Shown: positions 1-12,230 of the stretch, in pieces
Numbering within the stretch: the first letter of the stretch is position 1
Layout: each line of letters opens with the position of its first letter
Source: Chrysomallon squamiferum
Taxonomy: Eukaryota > Animalia > Mollusca
NCBI GenBank assembly: GCA_012295275.1
Contig: CM022671.1
Coordinates: 14,074,001-14,138,000 of the forward strand
Direction: 5' to 3'
Length of the DNA stretch: 64,000 bases
The notes under the pieces: model-generated
The model's database searches: none
Told to the model about the DNA's origin: nothing
Seen by the model: only the letters and a program-made list of their open reading frames with translations
Program-made: the position numbers and the translations under genes

Positions 1-54
1 GTCTTATGTTTTAACATTAAAACATTAAGTTCATTTCAGTTTCCAAACAATTTA

Positions 55-210
55 TTTCGTTTCAAAAATGGCTACGAACAAAAACTGACGCACACTCCCG
101 GTGACGTCATATAATACTATCTCCCTTATTCCGATTCCCCTAAACATCGTAAACTGTAACAATGTTAACTATAACACCATTTACATACAACGCCCAGCAC
201 AATACGATGC
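55..210. promoter_or_regulatory. CpG-rich promoter-like patch with a perfect CRE
   Basis: TGACGTCA at 102-109, half-site TGACG at 86-90, YY1-like AAAATGGC at 65-72. Confidence 0.4.
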
Positions 211-374
211 CTCTTTCTTTAATCTAGCCTAATCAATAAGCTTAACAATTCATGCATACTATGATGCCCCATTCAATACTCTATAAAACCCATACATATT
301 TTTTTTACATTTGTCCTGTGATTTTTTCCAATACTAAATTGTGACTTTTTCTTTTACTTTTTTTCCCAGCCACC

Positions 375-950
375 TTCCCATGTTCCGTGAAATTTGTACT
401 TTACTTACTATTAAGCACTGAAAACCAAAGTAGAACGTATTTAACAGATATATTTTGCACTTTACACGTTAGTAGCATATACTGTACTTTTAGTATAAAT
501 TATTATATGTCAGAAAAGTTTCTGTTACAATCACTAGATAATTTTTAAATATCATTTCTTCCCATATAAAAATGTTCCTGTTTACATCGGTGAAAAAAAG
601 AGATTTAAATTTTGGATAACTGCTTCAACATTTAACAAAAAAATTACCCCATCATATCAAGAAAAGCTATTTTACTGACAGAAATAAATCACAAAAGTTT
701 TACTTATTCCAAAATAACATTTTATAACAACATAATGTCGATAATACTTACAAAAACGTTAAACCTTATTCATGGCGTGTCTGTGTCTGTGACGGTGACA
801 ATGATCTCTGAACATTATTAAAATACCATTTCCTATTTGATTAGATAAAAAGAAAATTGCAACAATCGATAGTCTCGTTTCTCACGTGCAGTAATCCATG
901 ACCTCGTTTGTTGTTTAGCTACTGGTATAGTCGATTTCAGGTTTCTTTAG
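375..950. promoter_or_regulatory. CpG-rich promoter-like module, copy 1 (inverted paralog of 20105-20645)
   Basis: Clear homology to the reverse complement of 20105-20645, e.g. TCGATAATACTTACAAAAACGT and GAAATTTGTACTTTACTT. E-box TCACGTG at 882-888, DRE-like TCGATA motifs, splice-donor-like sites facing both ways (941 on plus, 751 on minus). Confidence 0.6.
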
Positions 951-1689
951 TTGCTCCGAAAATAAAGTAAAGAAAAGAAAAGATAGTAAAAAGAAACAAA
1001 CAAACAAACGAATAATTACATCATTAAGTAAATAATCTTATGTCTATTTTAACTACATGAGAGTAACATATATAGATATACACTCTTTTTTCTTTTCACA
1101 AAGACGGGCAGTAATCGACCTAAGAATATTTGAACTTCGACTGTGTATTTTGATTATTAATCCAATTTCAGTAGTGCGATTTTAATTTCTGTTAAATAAA
1201 TAAATTAATTAATTAATTAAAATGTAGAAAAAAAGGCACTTGCAAATATATGTGGGTGTGCGTGTGTGCATGTGTGTGTGCATATATATCATTATATGTA
1301 TAGTGTTGTGTCTGTAATAAACATTAACAGAAGACAAATTCGGTGGTTTATTTATTTATTTATATAACATAAAAAATCCAGTGAAGCTGCATTCAAAAGT
1401 TTTTTGACATTGAGAAAAAAGAGATGTTTTCTACGGCCTTTCCGTTAAATTATATTTAAAAAATTATAACTTGTGACCGTAACAGAACAAATAACAAAGC
1501 CTTTTCCCTTACAACTAGACTATCATGAGATGTCGTTATTCATTGTAATGTTTCCTGTGAATGGTATCACTGAACTACAAACTAAGGTAAGATGAACAGT
1601 TTAACCATTAAAAAGAGTTTGTTTCTTACATGTGCGTGCACTGAAATTCAATTTTATATAAAGTGAGTTCAAATTGAGAACCTCAATGT

Positions 1690-2000
1690 CTGTCTTTCCA
1701 TAACAAGAGGGTGGGGTTAATCCGAGTAATACAAATCTCTAATGGGTACGTAGATATGTTGAAGAAACTGGGAACAAAATAATTCAAAAGGGTATATATT
1801 ATATTCCTGATGAAGGCTCCACCTATAATAATGGGGTGATCAGCATAAATTTTATGAATGTTTGACCCAATGGTTACTTTTAATTACATGATCTGTGTCA
1901 AATAGCGATAGACAGATTTCACGTTTCCTATTATAGCTATGAATAAATTATGATCAGCAGTATAATGCTAAAACTCTTTCAGTCCCTTCCACATATATCC
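1690..2000 (-). mobile_element. Possible non-LTR retrotransposon AP-endonuclease remnant
   Basis: Minus-strand VKSVYRY...YADHPIIIGGAF...TRINPT resembles the endonuclease motifs (IYRPP, IIIGGDFN, PTR) in the right order; heavily decayed. Confidence 0.3.
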
Positions 2001-3889
2001 AGAATTTACATTACTAATATGAGGGAAAGCTCTCTAGTTATTATTATTATATTTTTAATTAGCAGATACCAGTAACCAGATTTACATACACTTGTAATAG
2101 GCCTAATTGGGCACTATTCCCAGTGAAATAAATCTTAAGAATTTTCCCAAAGAAATTTCTTGAATAAACATTTCTTTGGTGACTACATTTACATCTTTCC
2201 ATACATTAACGAAACAAACAAACAAACAAAAAATTGAGATAGGGATAAATTAAATAAAAATTAAAATATTGTTCAAATTTATTATGTTTTCGTATATTTT
2301 AAGTAAATATTCAGACAAATTTGCCATAAAGACTTCTTTCAACATGATGTTTTCCATTTGCTTTCTTTTAAACATTTGTTATTAATCACTGATAGTGGGA
2401 ACATTTTGATCACCTTCCAGTCCAATTAAGGAGATATTCATTTATAAACTCTGTTGGAATCATTGTGTTGAAAATCATTCCCACAAGAAACATTGATACA
2501 ATAACCATTGATAATTTGGGTATTGTCTGTATTTATAAATATATTAAAACTGAAAAGTTATAAGATGATCCTTTCATGAACATTACTATGTTTATTTGGA
2601 TTCTATACAGGAAGGTTCTTGTCATGGACTATAATCAAATTGTTCACAATTTTCAAAGCTTTCTTGTTTCTTAAGAGCACTGTCAATAAACATAATATGT
2701 AAAACATAGAAATCTTGTAAACTAAATAAAGTAAAATAAACACATGACAAATTTAGTTATAATAGTTTATTAAGATTTTTATTGTGTTATGGTGTAAAAA
2801 GGTGGACACACTATTTCAGATCGTTTCTAAACATTTGTGCAAACAAAATTTGGTCAACCTATCATAAATATACTCATTTCTAATTTTATGTTAATCAACT
2901 TAATGGTAGATAGAATTTGACTTTTGTTATTTGTTTAGTTCTGATTGACATTATAATTGCTTTTTGATGTGGTTTACTGTTGAAAATACAGTTAAACAAT
3001 GGGTGGAATACAGAATAATTTTAATTTATTTCTGCATCAGTTTGCACTATTCTTATTTATTGTTTTGGACTTGGTGCATGTTCAGTGCAATGTACTTTAC
3101 ATACCTGTGTGCTCTTTCAAAAGACTCCATGTATATATTTCTATATTTATGTGTTAAGTGATAAATCTTCTTTAGTTCTTGCTTGTTAATAAATTTGACT
3201 AAGCAGCAGTTATTCCTTTCTTAACCTCTACTGTGATACATTTATACTTTCCACCAGCATTATCGCTTTCACTTTTTGTTTTCTTGGGGGCCTTATTGGA
3301 TTGGGTATAATATAAAATATATACATAAATGCAGAAATGCTTTAAATAATGCAATGCAAAAATTACTGAGCTGCAACTGTGTATCAAAGACTAAAGGCCC
3401 TAATACATGATATATAGCTGCTATATCATATGGCATGCCTGTAATCCTTACTTTGACCTCGGTTTTGATGTAAGCATCTGTTCTTATCTTTACTAGATGT
3501 TGACATCTAAACCGATGTCAAAAGAAAGCTTGTCGTGGTGCGTCACTGTAGTTAGTAACTCGGGGCATTATTCACAAACTGAGAAAGACAAATTGCCCAA
3601 GATCACGGTTTGTAATCTGATTTGTTCATGCTTCGAGGCGTTAGTAACCTGAGGTTACACTGTATTCTGATTGATGTTTAAATTATTTAATTGGTGTATA
3701 ACATGCTAATTAAGATATTTTATATTACATCAGCATTATTCAATACTGGAAATAAATGACATAAAACAAGTAGTTACAAGTCATAGGTTAACTTAATTAC
3801 TGTTATTAGATTAATCGTGTTATTTGAATAGGTTTGCATAATGTAATTGAGTACACAACTAAATACTTTTCAAATAGATAACAAATAAC

Positions 3890-4760
3890 AGAATATGACA
3901 TTGTTCTTTTAAATCCATTATTTACAGGAACGGATGTGAATACAGCGAGGACTTTGATGAAGTTACACGAATCTTTAATTCTGATGAAAATATTACTTTG
4001 GAAAGTCAAATAACAGATTTTTCATCAAATGAAGAAAATTCTGAAAGAAATTTGAATCCACGTAACACAAGAAAACAAGCTTGTTACCAAATTCGGAAAC
4101 AAAAATTAGAACAAGAAAAATAAAAGCTCAGCCTGAACATTTGAAAAAGAATATTAAAAAAAGATTAAAGCCAGCTGGGAAAGAATACTCAAGTACATCA
4201 AGGAAAACTGTAGAAACTGGAAAAAGTGTCATTATAAATGTACCTAGAAATTGTCAGAAGAAAAAAATACAAGCTATATTCAACTCATTTTGCAATCTTC
4301 AATGACTTGACAGGCAGAAATATTTTCTTTGTCATAATGTAGAAGAAATATCTTCAACAAGTGCTAAAAAGCCTAGAGCCCATTTAGGAAAATGCTTGAA
4401 ACAGAAAAGGCCTCTACAATTTACCAGTCATAAAATGAAGTTTTTGTATGGTGGTCTAATTTCTAAGATTTTGAGAACTCAATAATGAAAGTGTAAGATA
4501 CATTTGAGCTAATTAAAGCAATTCATTAATTCATTGAAAATTAAGGAATGTTAGGAACATACAGCTGTACAGCTCTAGAACTTATTAGTTTCATTTTGAT
4601 ATACAATACATATATTTTGTTTGAACTGTACGACATATTCAGTGTTTATGTTGCATAAATGAAAGAACTCCATCAGTTTACCGCAGCTTCTAATGGAAAA
4701 ATATCTGCAAATAAAAATTAGAAACTATTTTCTTATCAGTTCTACCAAAGATATCTTGGT
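3890..4760 (+). mobile_element. Degenerate DNA-transposon transposase remnant, Sola-1-like N-terminal region
   Basis: RTRKIKAQPEHLKKNIKKRLKPAGKEYSSTSRKTV..(frameshift)CHYKCT*KLSEE..IQAIFNSFCNLQ*LDRQKYFLCHNVEE resembles the RKR..P..WK.N..K..R..GKEY....C..KC...I....R..IF..FW.L....Q..F pattern of invertebrate Sola-type transposases. The family assignment is from memory. Confidence 0.55.
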
Positions 4761-5419
4761 GTCATTTTAAAATTTCTTTTCTTTTTTTTTTTTTTTAGCT
4801 CGTTCTGATGATATATAATTTTATAGGAAAATCTTTTTAGAAAATGTTGGTACCCAATACCCCTTTTTATTTTGTGCTGGTGTGTTGTTATTCATTCAGT
4901 TTATTGAGTAAGGAAAATAATTAATTACTTTAAATGTTTAATGGTTTAGAATCATCTCCCTTAAGCCATGATATTTGGTGAATCTGTTTCTTTTTTTCTA
5001 ACGAATTATAGTTGTTGTAGAGTAGTTATTGTTTTTTAACAGATTGAATGTGGTGAATTTTCTTTACTTTCCTGGCAGTTCAATTTATATCTATCATAAT
5101 TTATTCTAACTGTATGACCTCATTAGATATTTTTAGTGAATATTTTACTGCAGTTTGTTATTTTCTATCTTCAAATGTAAAATAATCATTAAAACTAATC
5201 ATATATAACTATCTAAAAAGGAAAGAAACAAGCTGAGAAAAAAATAAAAAAAAAAAATATCAATAAATATACATCGAACATCAAAGTTAAAATTACTATC
5301 CCAGAAGTAACAGATTCACAAATGTGGTTCCATTTGTATGTTGATATATTTACTTAATGTAAATGTTTAATATGTATTTTATAACAAAGTTGGTGGACAT
5401 GACTCTGTGATTTTATATA

Positions 5420-5544
<125 letters not shown>

Positions 5545-6877
5545 AACTTAATTTTCATAATTAATCCTTCTGTTTAGTGTAAATTTCTTAAATAGTTATT
5601 CATTCTTTAGAACAATGATTTTTCTAATAATAAATCAAATTTTAAAAATCCCAAATATGTTTTGTTTTATTACAATATTGGTTCTGCTTCATATCTTTAT
5701 AATATATATTTATTAAAACAAAAAAAACCAACTGAAATAAAAACACGGAACAAAAAAAACAAACAAAACAAACAATAACAATCCCCCTAAAGAAACAACT
5801 AAAATATTAACTGATAAAATAATTATTTATTTTAATAATAAAAACTACAAATCATCAACATAATAATAAATATCAATGACAGAAATAATATATATATATA
5901 TTAAATATCATGTTTATTCACTTTATTCATCTCCATAACAGAATTTTAGTTTATCTACAAACAGAAATAATTATAATTTAAAAAAAAAAAAAACCATTTT
6001 AATCATCAGCAGATTTATATTTAACAAATTAAAGCATGATTCAGTTCATGCTTTGTATCTGTTAAATTATAACCAGAATATAGGAGTTTGCTATGGACAG
6101 AATATATTTGGTAATTACATAATAAAATGTTTTCCTCTTGATCTGATAAAATGTGGATCAGTTTTTCTGTACAAAATATTGAATGGGCCAATATGTGTAT
6201 GATAGTCTAGCTGATTATTAATGTTGAGGTGAAAACTAAAAATTAAAATTAATAAAAATATATCACAAAGAAATAAAAAGGAGCACTTATTCAAGCGGAA
6301 GTTTCTCGATACATAAAGATAACATTAGTGTTTTATGTTCTGAATTTACAATTAAAAAGAGAAAAAAGTTTCCAAAAAGTGTCTAAATGTATTCATACAC
6401 ACTGCTGAGGAGAATAAATTGTTAAATTAATATTAAATTTGTTTTTATGTTTTTATTTAAAGTTTCAGAACATTTACACTAAGTTTTTATCACATTTTTC
6501 AATATCAAAGCTCTTATTTATTTATATTCGCCTACACTGTGATAACCCACTGTGAAACAGAGAATGAAACAAAATTTTATTTCAAAAATATGTAATTGAA
6601 AAATATTTCAACAAATATTTATTTAAAAAAGGGTTCATATACAAATTGTACAAAAATAGTTGGTTGTAAAAATATATTTATGTCTTATTAATTATGTGCA
6701 TGTCTTGTTACAAATATGTATCTATTATAATACATTTTACTGCATGACTATTGCAATCTTCTGATTAAAGAACTGCAAATTTTAGAAATATATTATATCT
6801 GTTTCTTTGAGCCATCATTGTTAGATCAGGATTCTAAATTCACTTTTCTGTAGTAACTCAAAAAATAAAATAAATAC

Positions 6878-7083
6878 CTTCAGCTCTTTCTAGGAAAAGT
6901 TCACCATACATCTGATTAATAATAAAAAAACCTATCAAAAATAAAAAAAAATGCACAGATCAGTCCGAAATAAATGTTATGATTATCATTATAAAATGAT
7001 CATATTATCACCAAAATTAATAATAAAAAAATAAAAATAAACTAAGAAATTTTATGATTAATTATAAAATGATATATTATCAC

Positions 7084-7151
<68 letters not shown>

Positions 7152-10100
7152 TACAACACAACAACAAAAAAGAAGAAGATTATAAATAAATAAATTAAAA
7201 AATAATACTAAATAAAAAAACAAAAAATCCACAGCTGTGATTACATTCCAGATGAACTGTTTGAAATTAATCTCCACATTGCCATTCTATATATCACAAT
7301 CACTTGAGGCCCCATGTTTGTTTCTGCAAGAAGGAACTGCATGGATCTGAAGGATCTGCATGGATCAGTGTCAGACTGTACATTCTGCGAGCCCAGCTAA
7401 AGTTTGAGGTAAATTGACTGAAACACAGAATGATGCACAGAATCAAACATGTTGTACATGAATAGGTCAAACTTGTTCCACATGTTAAATGATCAGTTCA
7501 GAATCTTGTATTTGATGGAGTACTCACTGCAGAGGAGAACCTAGAGAAAAAAAATATATAGATGTATCCACATATAAATATATATATTGCATTTGGTGGA
7601 GAAGTGATTATGGAAAAAAATGTTGAAAAGATTATAACTGTCTTGTATTTGAAGAAAGTTTATCATGCAGAAAAATGAAGAAAGAAATAAAGAAGTAAAC
7701 AATCTTATATTTGATGGAGTGTTTATCACATAAAAATCTAGAAAAAAGGAAAATATCTATATTTTAAGGCGAGCTCATTCAGGATAAAAATCTAGAAAAA
7801 AAAAGAAGTGAAATAACTCACTGCAAACAAAAAATATAACGTCTTGTATTTTATGTATTATACATAAAAATCTTATTTTTTTTAAATGTATCACACTTAG
7901 AAAGAAGTAAAATATTTTGTATTTGATGAAGACCTCTCTACAGAAGAACATAGAAAAAAAAAAAATATATTTAAAAATAAAAAAAACTTTCAACAATTTC
8001 AGAGTAAATCTATGGAAGAAACAAAACTATGACATGATAATAAAGAAAATTATTTAGTTTTATTTTGTTTGATATTCAGAGGTATTCATTAAAATTAAAT
8101 TAATTCAAAATCAATGATGATCTACCTGTCTAATTTTGTCAACAATTATGGTGGCAATCCAGATCCATGCAATGATTTCCCACATGAAAATGGCTAGGAA
8201 CACAATGTAGGACAGCTAAAAAAAAAGTAATAGTAAATTATTTTGGTTTGTCTGCACTGATTTTAAAAACGTTACAAAAAAGATACAGGGAAAATGTTAC
8301 CAATAGAGACAGAGACAAACCAAAAATAATGGGTTATTCTAAATCATTATAACTAAAAATCTGGATAGTACAGATAAAATAAAATACTGATATGGAAAGA
8401 AAAAACAATTTTAAAAAAAGCGTAATTTATTACCAATACATTTAGGAGGATTATAACTATTTATCAAAGTGAAACAGCTTCATTAATATTTTGACCAACA
8501 GCAGACAGTTTTAAATTAATGTATCACCATTTATAATACCTACCACATTGAAGAAAAACCTAGTGACTGGCACAAAAAAGAAATATATCCCAATATATTG
8601 TTGCAAAATAGAGTTACAAAAATCTTATTATAAAAAGAAAAATCAAATTGAATAATTACTTATAAAGACAGGAAGAAGGATGAAAACAATTGAAAGTTAG
8701 AATTTGCTTATATGAAGGGGGTGGGTATTGACTTTTATAAGAAAAAAAACAGAAATTATTTTTAGATTATATAATAAGTTTAAATTATATGCAGACATTT
8801 TTGGTCACTATATGCAAGAAGGTTCACATCACCTCAAGCTTCATTCCTGTTTTGCTAATGAATTATGATATCTATACATGTGAGATATTTAATAAGCATA
8901 CCTTTAGTTCAGGAGTATACGGCACCACCTGACCTTTCCAGATGCTGTTGAGTTTTGTTTGACATGAAGAATGTTCCATGAAGTCCATCATGCTGTTGGT
9001 ATCAGCAATATTCAATAAAGTCAGGTCTCCCCATGTTCATAATTTTTGAACTAACAACTGATGTGACATCTTTGTTGTCTCTATGGTAACACACTGACAA
9101 CAGTTCTTTGCTACATCTTTCAAACAACCTAGAATAAAAACATAACATCACATATCCATTTTACTTCTTTTTTTCCTTCTTAATTTTTTATTGTTTCATG
9201 TATAGTATTTCATATTTTAATTTCCAGTACTTTCCAGTTTTCCAGGACAACCAAGTATAAATACTACAGGTTCTAGTTTTATGGTACTGACAACATTGCC
9301 CACAGCTATGCCAATGTTCACTGTTATTATAAAGTAGGCTTATTGTGCAAAATCGTTCCATTATGAAACATTTGTTTTAATGTATTTCTTCAGTAAGGTT
9401 TGCTTCCTATGATTTTTGTTTTTTTTTTTTTTTCATCTTCAAATACAAGTTTAGGACATAGTATTGTACTATTCACACACAATCTATTATAACTTATAAA
9501 GTATTTGTCTTTTTATCTGTGAATGATATCTACATTAGTTAGCTTCATGGCCTAACTATTGTTATATTTTTGAATTTGTGAGTTTTCTTTAGGCATCCTG
9601 TCACCTGTTCAACATTTGTCTGAGTTTTCCTGATCAACTGAGTGCAATGAATGCAAAAAATTGAGCTCACAGTTGGTCAAGCAAGGTGGATAACAAAAAT
9701 ACATTTATAAATTTCTTTCAACAAACATTAATTAGAAATTGCAAACTCACAAATAGTTAAGAGATATATATTTACAAATACCTTTCAGTGGAACATTAAA
9801 AACTTCAAACTTACTAAGTATTAGTGAAATGATTACTTACTGTGCATCCTTGGCCAGATTTCTACTAAGTTCCAGTTCTTCCTTAATTTCAGCTTTTTCA
9901 GACACAGAATTCAGCAGGGCAGAGGCAATCAGCTCCACCCCTAGAACAGTACAAGATAACAAGTTGAATACAAAAACATGTAGAGTAAACTTAGAAACAC
10001 TAAAAACAAGGGACAAGATTGCAAATAATAAAGTGAGATGAGAGAAGATTTGATGAATGGATCTATCACTTCTTGGGTGACTGTTATTGTACTAAGACAC

Positions 10101-10508
10101 AATAAATAATAAATGTAACAAAATAAAACAACATCTCCCATCATAAAAAAAAACAAAAAACAACCAGAAAACAAAAACAAACCACAAATAACAACAATGG
10201 CATCATCAACCATAAAGTAACAAACCAAAATATATAGTAAATTTTCTTTTAAAATCCTAATCACAGTAGTTTCATATCAAATCAATTTATTTTGATTTCA
10301 TATTATGAAACAAATGTTAATTTTTTCACTGTATAATAATATTTTAAGTTTCTTTTACCTAGCTGATCTTTTCCAAGCTGCCAGGACAGTGAAGCTATTT
10401 CCCTGTGGTTGAAGAGAACAGCCCTAATAAATCATTCTTTTTCTGGGTATTCAATATCAAAACTTTCTTTAGACATTTTCTTTGTTGGTTGACTGGATGC
10501 ATATCCAC
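6878..10508 (-). pseudogene. TRPM: TRPM-family cation channel unprocessed pseudogene fragment (MHR4 to pore); exon remnants 10359-10508, 9841-9940, 8902-9128, 8544-~8595, 8126-8215, 7283-7540, 6878-6914
   Basis: Translations in correct TRPM order: FDIEYPEKE*FIRAVLFNHREIASLSWQLGKDQL / GVELIASALLNSVSEKAE... / LFERCSKELLSVCYHRD..KMSHQLLVQKL*TWGDLTLLNIAD..FMEHSSCQTKLNSIWKG / IYFFFVPVTRFFFNV / LSYIVFLAIF..WIWIATIIVDKIRQ / ..KYKILN*SFNMWNKFDLFMY..FSWARRMYSLTL..RSMQFLLAETNMGPQVIVIYRM / QMYGELFLERAE. In-frame TGA at 10432-4, 9037-9 and 7493-5, plus frameshifts and internal deletions. Confidence 0.9.
7084..7149. repeat. (AAT)n microsatellite
   Basis: Directly visible; source of the poly-Tyr pseudo-ORF. 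Confidence 0.98.
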
Positions 10509-10869
10509 CTGTAAATAAAATAAAATTGTAAAGATCATTTAGAGGATAAATTGAAAGCTTTAAGCTATTTTGGCTGTTCAAAAAAGTTTTAAGATTTCAA
10601 AAGATTTTTTGTTTTTGGAATTTCTGGTTAAGGGATGCTCAACGTATAAAAACAACAACAGCAGTAGCACCACCACCAACAACAATAATAACTGGTTGGA
10701 CAGATCTAATAAAATAAAATACTAAAAATTAGTAAACTTTATTTATTTACTTTTCTAAAATTAAGCTGATAAAGCTTATTAGGGTTATAAAATGAAAATT
10801 ATATAAATTATAAAGAGAATATCTAATAAAAAAATTGCAATAAAAACTAATTTAAAAATAATCACAAAT

Positions 10870-11520
10870 TTTTGGGGGTTAGTTGATTTTTCTGGTCTTT
10901 TTGGTGTTTGTTTTTTGGGGGTTATTTTGGGGTTTACTTGTAATATCTACTTTTTTTATTGTTAACAATGTGAGATTGCGGCAGTTGATTACATATTTGG
11001 GGTGTGGTCTTGTTTAGTTTTCTTTTACTGCATTTATTTACATTTTTTTATTTTTTTGTTTTAGTATCTGATTGTTGTTTTTTATTGTTTAGTATCTGAT
11101 TGTTTTTGTTTTTCATTAACAACGTATTTCAAAATAGTATGGAATTGGGGATTCAGGTTGTATTTTGGGGGGGTTAGTTGATTTTTGGGGTGTTTTGGAT
11201 TTTTTTCTATCTTTTTTGTATTGTCTACAACTAGATTGTAGTATCTGATTCAGGCTGTTTGCAATTATATTTTATCTGGCTTATTATTTTATTTTATTAT
11301 TATTTTTATATATTTATTTTTGTTGTTTTTATTTGCTTTTAATATCTGTGGGTTTTTGGGGGTATTTTTAAAAAAAATTTATCTGCACACTTCTGGATTG
11401 CAATTTTCCAATTCAGGCTTTTTGTTGTCATTTTTTTTATTTATGTATTTTCTCTTAGTATCTTACTTTTTCATTGTCTACATATTGGAATAAGTAACTG
11501 ATTCAGGCTTTTGGATTTTG
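10870..11520 (-). repeat. Degenerate tandem/interspersed repeat family (GCCTGAATCAGATAC...GTAGACAAT), copy region 1
   Basis: Repeated GTATCTGATT(CAGGC) and TTGTCTAC motifs near 11064, 11092, 11221-11255, 11411 and 11474-11510; same family as 35580-36130 in the opposite orientation. Confidence 0.65.
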
Positions 11521-11772
11521 GTAATGTCTTATTTAGAAGAATAAAGATGATGATGATGATGATAATGACGATGGTGATGATAATAACAGTCATAGTAATA
11601 ATAATAATAGTAGTAGTGATAATGAAGATGACAACAACGACAACAACAAAACGAAATGGTGTCATCAGCTCCTTATTAAATTATATACGCATTTTATCTT
11701 TGTTGTAATCGTATTTCATGGAATTGGAATTACTTAATAACTAGAAAGTTTTCTTTTTTCGAACTAACATTA

Positions 11773-11793
11773 AACACACACACACACACACAC

Positions 11794-11844
<51 letters not shown>
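11773..11844. repeat. (CA)n(CAA)n compound microsatellite
   Basis: Directly visible. Confidence 0.97.
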
Positions 11845-11845
<1 letters not shown>

Positions 11846-11929
11846 AATAATAATAAATTAATAAATTAATAAATAAATAAAGAGAAAAATCTTTGTAAGA
11901 AAGAAAAGCAACCTAATAATATAAACTAT

Positions 11930-12230
11930 CGCTTCTCTGTTCACCGGTACATAAACAATTTCCAGTATAATTATTTTGTTTAACCAAATGTTTGAACCAA
12001 AGCGCCATGTTTAAGCGAAAATGATTACTTATCGACGCTATTGGTTGTCCAAGGAAGTGACGTTATTGAGAATACTGAAAATGATTTCACAGATCGCAAA
12101 AGATATGACGTTTTTTACATAGATAAAGGACGATCTATAAACATAAATTTTGTTTATAAAGAGCGGGCTTGGAAGTTATGAATGTACATGCAAAATAAGT
12201 GAGCTAATTCACTGTTAAACATCACATACG
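11930..12230 (-). promoter_or_regulatory. CpG-rich housekeeping-type promoter facing the TRPM pseudogene
   Basis: YY1-type AACATGGCGC on the minus strand (ATG at 12008), CCAAT box (ATTGG 12040-12044), ETS-CRE composite GGAAGTGACGT at 12053-12063, and a local CpG excess. Confidence 0.6.

Noticed and set aside
7493-10434. Three in-frame TGA codons in TRPM exons read as selenocysteine or readthrough
   Set aside because: Accompanying frameshifts and deletions show ordinary pseudogenisation, and the positions do not correspond to Cys.
7083-11708. Low-complexity ORFs (poly-Tyr at 7083, poly-Ile/Met at 11471-11708, Phe-rich ORFs)
   Set aside because: Translations of microsatellites and A/T tracts.
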